DNA of 64,000 nucleotides from an uncultured Gammaproteobacteria bacterium. Its GTDB lineage: Bacteria; Patescibacteriota; Microgenomatia; CAZETR01; Amesbacteraceae. Positions 55,972 through 64,000 of the stretch are shown in pieces. The notes under the pieces were generated by a model. The model saw nothing but the letters and a program-made list of their open reading frames with translations, ran no database searches and was not told where the DNA came from. Both the position numbers and the translations under genes were made by a program. The first letter of the stretch is position 1, and each line of letters opens with the position of its first letter. The stretch covers positions 11,220-75,219 of the forward strand of contig CAYHNU010000001.1 of NCBI GenBank assembly GCA_964358085.1, in the 5' to 3' direction.

Positions 55972-57240
55972 ATGAACCAAAAACTCTTGGCCATATTCCA
56001 AACCCAAACATTGCGGCAATCGATTATCACAATTGTATCCACTTTTACCACCGCCGGCTTGGGCGCGGTATTTTATCTCCTTCTGGCCAGGATTATAGGT
56101 GCCCATGAATATGGATTATTCTCGGTAGTAGTTTCAATCTTGACCATTATTGTAACCTTTACTGACGTGGGTATGGGACAGGGGTTAGTTAAATTTGTAG
56201 CGGAAAATAGCGGCAGCGATAAATATCAACCTTATGTCAAAATTGCCCTGTTCACCAAAATTGCTATCGGCCTGGTGGTCAGTTTGGTTCTGTGGGCGTT
56301 TGCGAAGTCCCTGGCGGTTTCTCTCCTGCGCCAGCCGGAGGTAGCCAAGCTCCTGTCTATCACCGGATGGGGAGTTCTATCGATCATGCTTTTTAGTCTT
56401 TCCATATGTGTTTTTCAGGGACTGCAGAAGTTTATGCTCTGGGGCGGGCTGCAGGTTGGAGCTAATTTTTTCCGACTGCTTCTCCTCGGTTTTCTTCTGC
56501 TCGTCGCGGTGAAAATTGATTCAGTTTGGATGTTGGTCCTGTTTATTGCCGCTCCGCTTTCCGGATTTTTACTTTCCTGGTTTTGGCTGCCGGTCAGTAT
56601 TCTTAAAGCCAAAGTTACTTCCGTTCACTGGCACAATTTTTGGAATTTTAACAAGTGGACTGCCGCGCTTGGTATCACGGCCACTCTTGCTAGCCGCCTG
56701 GATACTCTACTCACCGCCCGATTTCTAACTCTATCTCAAACCGGTGTTTACGCCATGGCCATCACCATGGTGGCTTTTTTGCCCCAGCTGTCTTCGGCCA
56801 TCGGAGCCGTGACCGCGCCTAAATTTGCTTCATTTTCTGACTCCGATCACTCTCAAAAATATCTTGTCAAATCCACTCTTTTTTCGTTTGGTATTAGTGT
56901 AGGTGTGGCCCTAGCCATGATTCCGGCGGCCATGCTTGTCATCCGGTTTACCGGTCGGGATTTTTCTGCCTCTTTTACACCTTTCTTAATTCTGCTTCTG
57001 TCACTGGCAATATTCACTTCGCTTAACCCCGTCCGCGACAGCATTTTATATTTTTACAAACGCCCCCAGTTCTTCTTTTGGGCCAATCTCGCTCAAGCCG
57101 CTATCATTGTTGGGGCCGGGTTTTTGCTCATTCCCCGTTTCGGGGTCATTGGCACATCGTTGGCAGTGTTAATTAGCCACGTGTTTTTCGCTATCGCCAG
57201 TTGGTGGGAATATGAAAATTGTCGCGCACACGCTAGTTAA
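55972..57240 (+). CDS. Polysaccharide/oligosaccharide flippase, MOP superfamily (Wzx-like)
   Basis: About 422 aa, 12-14 TM. 'SIITIVSTFTTAGLGAVFYLLLARIIGAHEYGLFSVVVSI' is a typical Polysacc_synt N-terminus. ATG at 55972. Confidence 0.6.
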   Translation: MNQKLLAIFQTQTLRQSIITIVSTFTTAGLGAVFYLLLARIIGAHEYGLFSVVVSILTIIVTFTDVGMGQGLVKFVAENSGSDKYQPYVKIALFTKIAIGLVVSLVLWAFAKSLAVSLLRQPEVAKLLSITGWGVLSIMLFSLSICVFQGLQKFMLWGGLQVGANFFRLLLLGFLLLVAVKIDSVWMLVLFIAAPLSGFLLSWFWLPVSILKAKVTSVHWHNFWNFNKWTAALGITATLASRLDTLLTARFLTLSQTGVYAMAITMVAFLPQLSSAIGAVTAPKFASFSDSDHSQKYLVKSTLFSFGISVGVALAMIPAAMLVIRFTGRDFSASFTPFLILLLSLAIFTSLNPVRDSILYFYKRPQFFFWANLAQAAIIVGAGFLLIPRFGVIGTSLAVLISHVFFAIASWWEYENCRAHAS

Positions 57241-58021
57241 AAACGAACAAAGATGGGTGTGGTATGCAATAACCTCGGTTATTGATTTTGTAGATGAAAT
57301 TAAAGTATGGGATACAGGATCAAGCGATCAAACATTAGAGGTGGTTAAATCGATTGAGTCGCCTAAACTGACCATTAGGCAAACTTTGACTAAAAACCCA
57401 AAAGCCATAACGGCAATTAGACAAAAGATGCTTGAGGAAACAACAGGGGGGTGGGTTTTGATTTTGGACGGAGACGAAATTTGGACCGAAGGAGCCATTA
57501 GAGAGTCTCGTAAACTTATTGAGGGCGAAAAAAGTCTGCGATATTTGGCCAATAGGTACATTAATTTTATGGGTGACGTTTATCACACTCAAGATCCAAA
57601 AGCGGAAATGTACAATATTGCGGGTTTTAAAGGAAATGTAAATTTGAGGCTGGTCAATTTAGACGCCTACAAAAAAGTAAGTTTTGAGGGTGACTTAAGC
57701 AATGAGTGGATGGCTGACGAAAACGGGAATAAATTGCAAGATGAATCCATGGGGGTAGCTATAGTTGAGGAACCTTATCTTCATGCCACCAGACTTCCCA
57801 GATCGGGAAGTGAAACAGGTGATGAAATAACGTTTATGCGAAAAACGAAATATAAATGTGATTTGGGAACACGGTTTCCCAAAAATTTTATATATCCTAA
57901 AGTATTTTATTTCCCCAAACCAATTAATGTTCCCAGTCCATGGGCGAGGAGAAGTATTACTTTTGTAGCAAACGCAGCTTGGCAAACGCCCCTTCGCGCC
58001 ATAAAAAACTATGTCCTATAA
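57212..58021 (+). CDS. GT2-like glycosyltransferase
   Basis: 'MKIVAHTLVKNEQRWV', 'WDTGSSDQT', 'ILDGDE'. 269 aa. Confidence 0.5.
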   Translation: MKIVAHTLVKNEQRWVWYAITSVIDFVDEIKVWDTGSSDQTLEVVKSIESPKLTIRQTLTKNPKAITAIRQKMLEETTGGWVLILDGDEIWTEGAIRESRKLIEGEKSLRYLANRYINFMGDVYHTQDPKAEMYNIAGFKGNVNLRLVNLDAYKKVSFEGDLSNEWMADENGNKLQDESMGVAIVEEPYLHATRLPRSGSETGDEITFMRKTKYKCDLGTRFPKNFIYPKVFYFPKPINVPSPWARRSITFVANAAWQTPLRAIKNYVL

Positions 58022-58775
58022 CCGTCGTAAATACTATGCCCTAGCTGCAAAAGCCAGTAAGCAGATAGGGGAGCATCCTGGCCTTTTGTATTTACAGAAA
58101 ATTGCCGGCCAGTCATCTAAGGTGTTAGATGTAGGTTGTGGCGAAGGGTCACGTTTAGTAACTTTGTTGCCTCCAGGCCAGTTTGCTTGGGGAGTGGATA
58201 TTGACAAATACGCTATCAATCTTGCCAAAAAACAGTATCCGGATCAGCATTTTCAAATCTATTCAGGAGAAAAATTGCCTTATAAATCAAATACCTTTGA
58301 TCTAGTTTATTCTGCTTTTGTTCTCGAGCATGTCCAAATTCCGGCAAATTTATTAAATGAAATGATCCGCGTCTGCCAGCCCAGAGGGAGCGTCATCCTT
58401 CTTTGTCCGAATTTCGGTGCTCCGAACAGAAGATCCCCAAATTCAATTCAAAATTCCATTTCAAAGCTCCTCACAGGTTTTATTAACGATTTTTTCAGTA
58501 CTTCTATTTTCCGTTGGGAAAAGGTCCAACCTAAACCGGTTTACAATCTGCCGGACGACGACACAACAATTGAACCTTATTTATTATCGCTCATTCGTTA
58601 TTTCCAAAGCAAAAAATTAACAATTAATTTAGCATCGTCTTTATGGAATCTGGAAGTACCAAGCCTTAATCCTCGAAAAATAATTGTCAAAATACTAGGC
58701 CAGTTAGGCATTTTTCCATTTAAATACTGGGGTCCTCAAATTTTTGTTTCAGCCATTAAAACCGTATCTGACTAA
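58011..58775 (+). CDS. Class I SAM-dependent methyltransferase
   Basis: '[16 protein letters not shown]', '[14 protein letters not shown]', '[13 protein letters not shown]'. Confidence 0.6.
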   Translation: MSYNRRKYYALAAKASKQIGEHPGLLYLQKIAGQSSKVLDVGCGEGSRLVTLLPPGQFAWGVDIDKYAINLAKKQYPDQHFQIYSGEKLPYKSNTFDLVYSAFVLEHVQIPANLLNEMIRVCQPRGSVILLCPNFGAPNRRSPNSIQNSISKLLTGFINDFFSTSIFRWEKVQPKPVYNLPDDDTTIEPYLLSLIRYFQSKKLTINLASSLWNLEVPSLNPRKIIVKILGQLGIFPFKYWGPQIFVSAIKTVSD

Positions 58776-59453
58776 ACACCACACCGTCCACAGGCCGTCT
58801 TTCCAATTGATCTTTTTTCCTTCAGCATAGCTTCTTCCGGAGTAACTAATTCCCACTTCATAAATCCGTACTCCCATTCGAGCGACTTTAATTGTAAATT
58901 CCGGCTCAACGCCAAACCTTTTTTCCTGCAAGTTCAACTTATTAGCCACGTCTTTAGTAAAAGCCTTGTAGCAAGTCTCAATATCCGTCAGATTCAAATT
59001 TGTCAGACAATTGGACAGTAGCGTGATAAATTTATTACCCACATAGTGCCAGAAATATAACACCCGATGCGGCTGGCCTCCGGTAAACCTGGATCCAAAC
59101 ACCACGTCGGCTTTCTTGGCCAAAATCGGCGCCAGCAATAATTCGTATTCATCAGGATCGTATTCCAAATCTGCATCCTGAATTATAAACGTGTCCCCGG
59201 AAGCTATTTTTAGCGCATCTCTCACTGCCGCCCCCTTCCCCTCGTTCTTGGATTTATTAATCGTTTTTAATTTTTTGGATCTTGAACTTTGCTCGCGAAG
59301 CGCGACGGAGTCGATCTTGAACCTTGTCTTATCGGTAGATCCATCATTCACCACAATTATTTCTTTAACTAATTTGTTAGATTGCACTTTTCGAAGTACT
59401 CGGGCAATTGTCTTTTCCTCGTTGTACGCTGGTATAATTACAGTTAGTTTCAC
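58749..59453 (-). CDS. GT2 polyprenyl-phosphate sugar synthase (DPM1/GtrB-like)
   Basis: '[18 protein letters not shown]', '[10 protein letters not shown]', '[11 protein letters not shown]', '[10 protein letters not shown]'. 234 aa soluble. Confidence 0.65.
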   Translation of the reverse strand: MKLTVIIPAYNEEKTIARVLRKVQSNKLVKEIIVVNDGSTDKTRFKIDSVALREQSSRSKKLKTINKSKNEGKGAAVRDALKIASGDTFIIQDADLEYDPDEYELLLAPILAKKADVVFGSRFTGGQPHRVLYFWHYVGNKFITLLSNCLTNLNLTDIETCYKAFTKDVANKLNLQEKRFGVEPEFTIKVARMGVRIYEVGISYSGRSYAEGKKINWKDGLWTVWCLVRYGFNG

Positions 59454-59468
59454 AAATCAGATTATACA

Positions 59469-60464
59469 ATGAAGATCGCCATTTTGAGCTTTTATTCTGG
59501 TAATCTCTATCGTGGCGTTGAGACTTATGTCCACGAGCTTAGTAATTGTTTGGTTAATTTGGGAGAACAAGTGGTTGTGTATCAAAATGGTCAGAAGCAT
59601 AAGAATTCAAAATACACGACGGTTTCTATTGGATTACCAATTGACTGGTCTCGGCTTGGTGGGGGGTGGACACCGTGGGATTATTGGAAATTGTTAGTTA
59701 AAAACTTTACGAAGATCTCCTTGCAAAAAATTGATCCAGACACTGAGATAATAATACCAACAAATGGAATGTGGCAGAGCTTGTATAGCCGTTTGTGGGC
59801 ATGGAGGAATAAAAAAAAGATGGTGATTTCCGGACAATCGGGGCCTGGATTAGACGATAGAATAAATTTATGGACTTTTCCGGATATGTTTGTTGGAATG
59901 ACGGATTATCAATGCCAATGGGCCAAAAAAGCTAATCCATTTGTAAAAATTGTAAAAATTCCCAATGGAGTGGATTTAGATAAATTTACTCCCGCCACAG
60001 AACCTATCAAACTCAACCTAAAAAAGCCTATCATCCTAAATGTGGGCGTGGTGACACCATTTAAACGCCAAGATCTTTTGCTTGATGCGGCTAAAAAAAT
60101 TAAAGCCTCAGTCTTATTAGTTGGAAAGGGAGGAACTATGGATTTTGTTCATTCAGATATGCCGAAAGTATATACGGCATGCGATTTATTTTCTTATCCT
60201 ACGTCACCTCAAGAATCTTTCGGCATCGCCATGCTGGAAGCCATGGCCAGCGGACTGGCTGTGGTAGCTACCGACGACCCTATTCGTCGGGAAATAGTAG
60301 GGGAAGCAGGCTTGTTTGTCGACCCAACAAATGCCACAGCTTACGCCCAAGCTTTAAAAAAGGCATTGCATATCAGCTGGGGCGATAAGCCCCGCCGGCA
60401 GGCCGAAAAGTTTTCCTGGGACAAAATTGCTAAACTTTATGATCTCTGTTTCCATAATTGCTAA
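59469..60464 (+). CDS. GT4 glycosyltransferase
   Basis: 'YPTSPQESFGIAMLEAMASGLAVVATDDPIRREIVGEAG'. Confidence 0.6.
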   Translation: MKIAILSFYSGNLYRGVETYVHELSNCLVNLGEQVVVYQNGQKHKNSKYTTVSIGLPIDWSRLGGGWTPWDYWKLLVKNFTKISLQKIDPDTEIIIPTNGMWQSLYSRLWAWRNKKKMVISGQSGPGLDDRINLWTFPDMFVGMTDYQCQWAKKANPFVKIVKIPNGVDLDKFTPATEPIKLNLKKPIILNVGVVTPFKRQDLLLDAAKKIKASVLLVGKGGTMDFVHSDMPKVYTACDLFSYPTSPQESFGIAMLEAMASGLAVVATDDPIRREIVGEAGLFVDPTNATAYAQALKKALHISWGDKPRRQAEKFSWDKIAKLYDLCFHNC

Positions 60465-61077
60465 AGATAAATCCGTTATCCTTCCGAGTTGTCTGGAAAG
60501 CGTTCGGCAGGTGTTTGACGACGTGGTTATCGTTACCAACGCCGACCATAAATTTATAAATTACGCTGACCAAAAAAATTACGCAGCAAGCAAATGCAAA
60601 TACGACTGGGTTTTGTCTTTAGACGCGGACGAAGAGCTTTCTCCAGAGCTTATCCACGAACTACGAACCATGAACCATGAACTATACGCCGCCTTTAAAA
60701 TCCCCAGATTAAATATCATTTTTGGCCGTCCCATGTTCCACACTAACTGGGAACCCTCTGCCGATACCCACATCTGGTTATATGACAAGACCAAGTGCAA
60801 ATGGGAGGGCAATGTTCACGAAGAAGTCGTCGCCAATGGCCCGGTGGGAACTTTACGGGCTCGCAAAATTCATCACAGTTACCAGACCGTTGAAGAATTT
60901 ATGGACAAAATGAACAATTACACCTCCCGCGAAACTAAAATAGTCAATCCGCTTTTTGATTTTCTCCGTCGCTACATCTGGCACAAGGGATTTTTGGACG
61001 GTTGGCACGGGTTATTCTTAAGTTATTTGATGGCTGTTTATCATACAGTGACATGGGTAAAGAAAAATTCTTCCTGA
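60439..61077 (+). CDS. GT2-like glycosyltransferase (short, LPS-core-type family 2 architecture)
   Basis: 'MISVSIIAKDKSVILPSCLESV', 'LSLDADEELSPEL'. ATG at 60439 overlaps the upstream gene by 26 bp. Contains the ctacgaaccatgaaccatgaacta motif. Confidence 0.5.
   Translation: MISVSIIAKDKSVILPSCLESVRQVFDDVVIVTNADHKFINYADQKNYAASKCKYDWVLSLDADEELSPELIHELRTMNHELYAAFKIPRLNIIFGRPMFHTNWEPSADTHIWLYDKTKCKWEGNVHEEVVANGPVGTLRARKIHHSYQTVEEFMDKMNNYTSRETKIVNPLFDFLRRYIWHKGFLDGWHGLFLSYLMAVYHTVTWVKKNSS
60661..60687. repeat. Motif ctacgaaccatgaaccatgaactatac (encodes LRTMNHELY) within the GT2-like gene
   Basis: Direct read. Shares ctacgaacNatgaaccatgaac with 11344-11376. Confidence 0.7.
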
Positions 61078-62372
61078 TCTTAATTCTTATTCTGGGGTTG
61101 GGTTTGCGCTTGATTAAATTAGATCAAAGTTTTTGGTTGGATGAAGCCTCACAGGCCCAACTCTCTTCCATGTCTCTTTCCCAGATCTGGTCTAATCGTC
61201 CCGGAGATTTCCAGCCCCCTCTGTTTTATTTCCTCGCCCACTACTGGCTGCAACTTGGTCGGTCCGAAACTTGGCTGCGCCTACTACCGGTTTCTTTCGG
61301 CCTTCTAAACATCGCAACAATTTACTACCTGGCCAAGGCAATCAATCCCAAATTGGGTCTGATTGCCGCTTTCTTGCTGGCCACTAATCCCTTCCATGTC
61401 TATTACTCCCAGGAATTTCGCATGTATTCGTTACTTGCCCTCTTGGGAACCCTTTCTATGTGGGCCTTTTATAAAAAACACTGGTCTCTCTTTCTGCTCA
61501 ACGCTCTTCTGTTATACACTCACTACGCGTCTGTCTTTCTTATTGCTTCCCAATTTGTTTACTCTCTCGTCTTTAACCGCAAGTTAATTAAATACCTTAC
61601 TTGGCACTTAGCCCTTAGCACTGTCCTATATTCCCCTTGGCTTCCCCAATTCCGGCATCAGCTCCAATCAGGAGCCAACATCGATACTTATTTACCGGGG
61701 TGGCGAAGTATCTTAACTCTTTCCCCGCTTAAATCCCTGCCCTTGATATTGTTTAAGTTTGTCGCCGGCCGCATAGACCTGCTCCCTAGATATATCTACG
61801 CCGTATATATCGCCTTTGTACTCCTAGTCACCGCTGCAGGTTTGCTCCTGGCCCGGGGCAAGCGCCGCCTGCTCTACACCTGGCTGTTTGTCCCCATAGC
61901 GGGCAGTATTCTTGTCTCCTTTTTCATTCCCCAAACCCAGCCGTTCCGCTTGATTTTTACTCTGCCAGCTTTGATCATCCTTTTGGCCGAAGTTACCATT
62001 AGATTTCCCAAAATATTTCTGACTCTGCTTATTTATATTTCCATCGTCGGCAATTACACCTATTTCACCCGCCCCCGCCTGCAGCGGGAACAGTGGCGAG
62101 AGAGTCTGGAGTTTATCCGCAGCCAACCTGCCACCATGGTGGTTAAGTTCCCCGGTCCCTTTGCTCCCATGACCTGGTATGCTCCGGATCTGCCGGTGAT
62201 TACTGCGTCCTCTTTCCCGGCTGAAATAGCTGATTTTTACCTTTTCCAATATCTATCTGGCCTGACTGACCCGCAATATAAAATCGACTCCCAAGTTCAG
62301 GCCGCAGGTTACATCTTACAAAAAAGGTATAATTTCGAAGGAGTGGGTTTTATTGACTATTATCAAAAATGA
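61053..62372 (+). CDS. GT39/GT83-like polytopic glycosyltransferase, divergent sixth paralog
   Basis: 'FLILILILGLGLRLIKLDQSFWLDEASQA', 'YYSQEFRMYSLLALLGTL'. Multi-TM plus a C-terminal soluble domain. ATG at 61053 (TTG alternative at 61002). Confidence 0.5.
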   Translation: MGKEKFFLILILILGLGLRLIKLDQSFWLDEASQAQLSSMSLSQIWSNRPGDFQPPLFYFLAHYWLQLGRSETWLRLLPVSFGLLNIATIYYLAKAINPKLGLIAAFLLATNPFHVYYSQEFRMYSLLALLGTLSMWAFYKKHWSLFLLNALLLYTHYASVFLIASQFVYSLVFNRKLIKYLTWHLALSTVLYSPWLPQFRHQLQSGANIDTYLPGWRSILTLSPLKSLPLILFKFVAGRIDLLPRYIYAVYIAFVLLVTAAGLLLARGKRRLLYTWLFVPIAGSILVSFFIPQTQPFRLIFTLPALIILLAEVTIRFPKIFLTLLIYISIVGNYTYFTRPRLQREQWRESLEFIRSQPATMVVKFPGPFAPMTWYAPDLPVITASSFPAEIADFYLFQYLSGLTDPQYKIDSQVQAAGYILQKRYNFEGVGFIDYYQK

Positions 62373-63331
62373 AAGTTGGTTTAGACGTTTCATCTATTAT
62401 TTACGGTACTGGTGTTTCCAATTACACCTTGGAGCTGCTGCAACACCTGCCGCAGGAAATTGTTGTCCCCTTTGGCTTTTCTCTGCGCCGACGGCAAGAT
62501 CATTTTTTTCCGTTTCCGCCGACGCTGATGCATTATCTCTGGAATAAACTCCACATCGTCAACGTAGAAACTTTAATTGGTAAAATCGACGTCTATCACT
62601 CTTCTGATTGGACCCAGGGACCCAGTCGAGCAAAAAAAGTTACCACTGTTCACGATCTATCCCCCTTTTTATATCCGGCTGAAACCGACCCCCAAATTGT
62701 GGCAGTCCACACTGCCCGTATGAAATGGGTAGTTAAAGAGTGCGATAAAATAATCTGTGTTTCTAACTCTACGGTCGGGGATCTGCACAGGCTATTTCCC
62801 CAGACTGTAGGGAGGACAATCGTTATTCCCGAGGCCTTAGCCGATAAATATTTGACTCTCAAGCCCCAAATTACCAAAAATGCCAATTACGTTTTTGCTA
62901 TCGGTGCCCGCCAGCCACGTAAAAACATTGACCGCCTGAAAAAAGCCTGTGAGAACATACACCAAAAATTAATCGCTGTCGGAGAAGGAAGTGATATTGG
63001 GTACGTTTCAGACCAGGACTTAGTTAATTATTTAGCCGGCGCCTCGGCTTTTGTATATCCGTCTTTATATGAAGGTTTTGGGTTACCCATTTTAGAAGCT
63101 TTCCACTACAAAATCCCCGTTGCCTGTTCAAACACTTCTAGTTTGCCCGAAGTAGCGGGTGACGCCGCCGCCTATTTTGATCCCTTGTCCGTCGAATCCA
63201 TAGCCGCCGGCATAACCCGGGCCATTAAAGACCGGGAGCGGTTAATCGCAGCGGGTAGCAAGCAGTTAGCCAAATTTAGTTGGGATAATGCCGCCCAGGA
63301 AACCCTCAAAGTTTACCAATCACTATGCTAA
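62369..63331 (+). CDS. GT4 glycosyltransferase
   Basis: 'MKVGLDVSSIIYGTGVSNYTLELL', 'YPSLYEGFGLPILEAFHYKIPVACSNTSSLPEVAGD'. ATGA overlap. Confidence 0.6.
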   Translation: MKVGLDVSSIIYGTGVSNYTLELLQHLPQEIVVPFGFSLRRRQDHFFPFPPTLMHYLWNKLHIVNVETLIGKIDVYHSSDWTQGPSRAKKVTTVHDLSPFLYPAETDPQIVAVHTARMKWVVKECDKIICVSNSTVGDLHRLFPQTVGRTIVIPEALADKYLTLKPQITKNANYVFAIGARQPRKNIDRLKKACENIHQKLIAVGEGSDIGYVSDQDLVNYLAGASAFVYPSLYEGFGLPILEAFHYKIPVACSNTSSLPEVAGDAAAYFDPLSVESIAAGITRAIKDRERLIAAGSKQLAKFSWDNAAQETLKVYQSLC

Positions 63332-64000
63332 TCGGAATTGATGCCAACGAAGCCAATCTCACTCCCAATTTAGTGGGCATAAATGAGTATGCCTATAATT
63401 TGCTGTGGGCAATTTACAATCTGAAATCAAATCACAAATTCGTGACTTATCTGAAGACCCCGCCTCAAAAATCCCTCCCACCTGAAAGGTGGGATTGGAA
63501 GTATCGGGTTATCCCTTTCCCCAAATTCTGGACCCAAACCCGCTTACCGTGGGATTTATATACCCACCAACCCCGTCCGGATGTGTTTTTCAGTATGACT
63601 CATTACGCACCCCGTTTTTCGCCCATTCCCACAGTCGTGGCCATTATGGATTTGGGTTTCTTGCAAACTCCCGAACAGTTCACTTCCAAAGACTTTAATC
63701 AATTAAAGAGCTGGACAGCTTACTCTGTCAAAAATGCTGCCAAAATAATCGCCATTTCTCAATATACAAAACAGGATATTATTAAAAATTATCACCGCGA
63801 CCCGCAAGACATTGTGGTTACATTATTAGGCTATAACACGAAACTCTTTAAACCGAGCCACAAGCCCCGTAAGCCTTATATTCTGTTTTTAAGTAGTTTA
63901 AAGCCCAACAAAAACGTCGAGGGTCTTATCCGCGCTTTTTATAACCTAACACCTAGAACCTATAACCTAGTCATCGCCGGTAAAAAGGCTTGGCTGTACG
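63325..64000 (+). CDS. GT4 glycosyltransferase (3'-truncated by the window edge)
   Basis: ATG at 63325 gives 'MLIGIDANEANLTPNLVGINEYAYNLL...'. Same N-terminal architecture as 62369 and 13616. Open to the end of the window. Confidence 0.5.
   Translation, partial: MLIGIDANEANLTPNLVGINEYAYNLLWAIYNLKSNHKFVTYLKTPPQKSLPPERWDWKYRVIPFPKFWTQTRLPWDLYTHQPRPDVFFSMTHYAPRFSPIPTVVAIMDLGFLQTPEQFTSKDFNQLKSWTAYSVKNAAKIIAISQYTKQDIIKNYHRDPQDIVVTLLGYNTKLFKPSHKPRKPYILFLSSLKPNKNVEGLIRAFYNLTPRTYNLVIAGKKAWLY

Noticed and set aside
61002-61052. TTG-initiated N-terminal extension of the sixth PMT-like gene overlapping the upstream GT2 by 76 bp
   Set aside because: The first ATG (61053) precedes the hydrophobic N-terminus and gives a 25-bp overlap. 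The extension is unnecessary.
1-64000. Search for rRNA, tRNA or other structured ncRNA genes
   Set aside because: Every intergenic gap is under about 140 bp and the coding density is near 100 percent. No cloverleaf-like or rRNA-like segments were noticed.

Overview
The window is almost entirely protein-coding (about 59 CDS, tightly packed, many ATGA/GTGA start-stop overlaps). I found no rRNA, tRNA, CRISPR array or transposase. Nearly every gene belongs to a single, unusually large cell-surface glycan assembly locus. Its components are: six paralogous GT39/GT83-like (PMT/ArnT-type) polytopic glycosyltransferases, five of them clustered in the first 12 kb; about 10 GT2 enzymes, several with the short DPM1/GtrB/ArnC-like polyprenyl-phosphate-sugar synthase architecture; about 11 GT4 enzymes, including a tandem triplet; other GT-C-like membrane proteins (GT87/DUF2029-like, PIG-V/GT76-like); three tandem giant membrane proteins (741 to ~1060 aa) with shared motifs; a GtrA-like small flippase and a Wzx-like MOP flippase; about 11 SAM-dependent methyltransferases (3 FkbM-type); and nucleotide-sugar genes (an SDR epimerase/dehydratase, a sugar-1-P nucleotidyltransferase, GmhA, and a fused heptose-1-P nucleotidyltransferase/heptose-7-P GHMP kinase). 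The best-fitting model is a three-component system (polyprenyl-P-sugar synthase + GtrA flippase + many outward-facing GT-C transferases) that builds a heavily methylated, heptose/hexose-containing glycan on proteins or envelope polymers. Non-glycan genes are a DinD/BRO-N-like gene wedged inside the operon and a Cys-motif (CX3CX2C) hypothetical protein with atypical GC content. A second striking feature is that unrelated genes carry the same short AT-rich nucleotide motifs in frame: a 28-bp (Raaatta)x4-like element and a ctacgaacNatgaacYatgaac element. There are also several other short intragenic tandem repeats. Base composition changes along the window, which suggests mosaic assembly. All functional calls come from reading the translated ORFs for family-diagnostic motifs. 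No database search was run.
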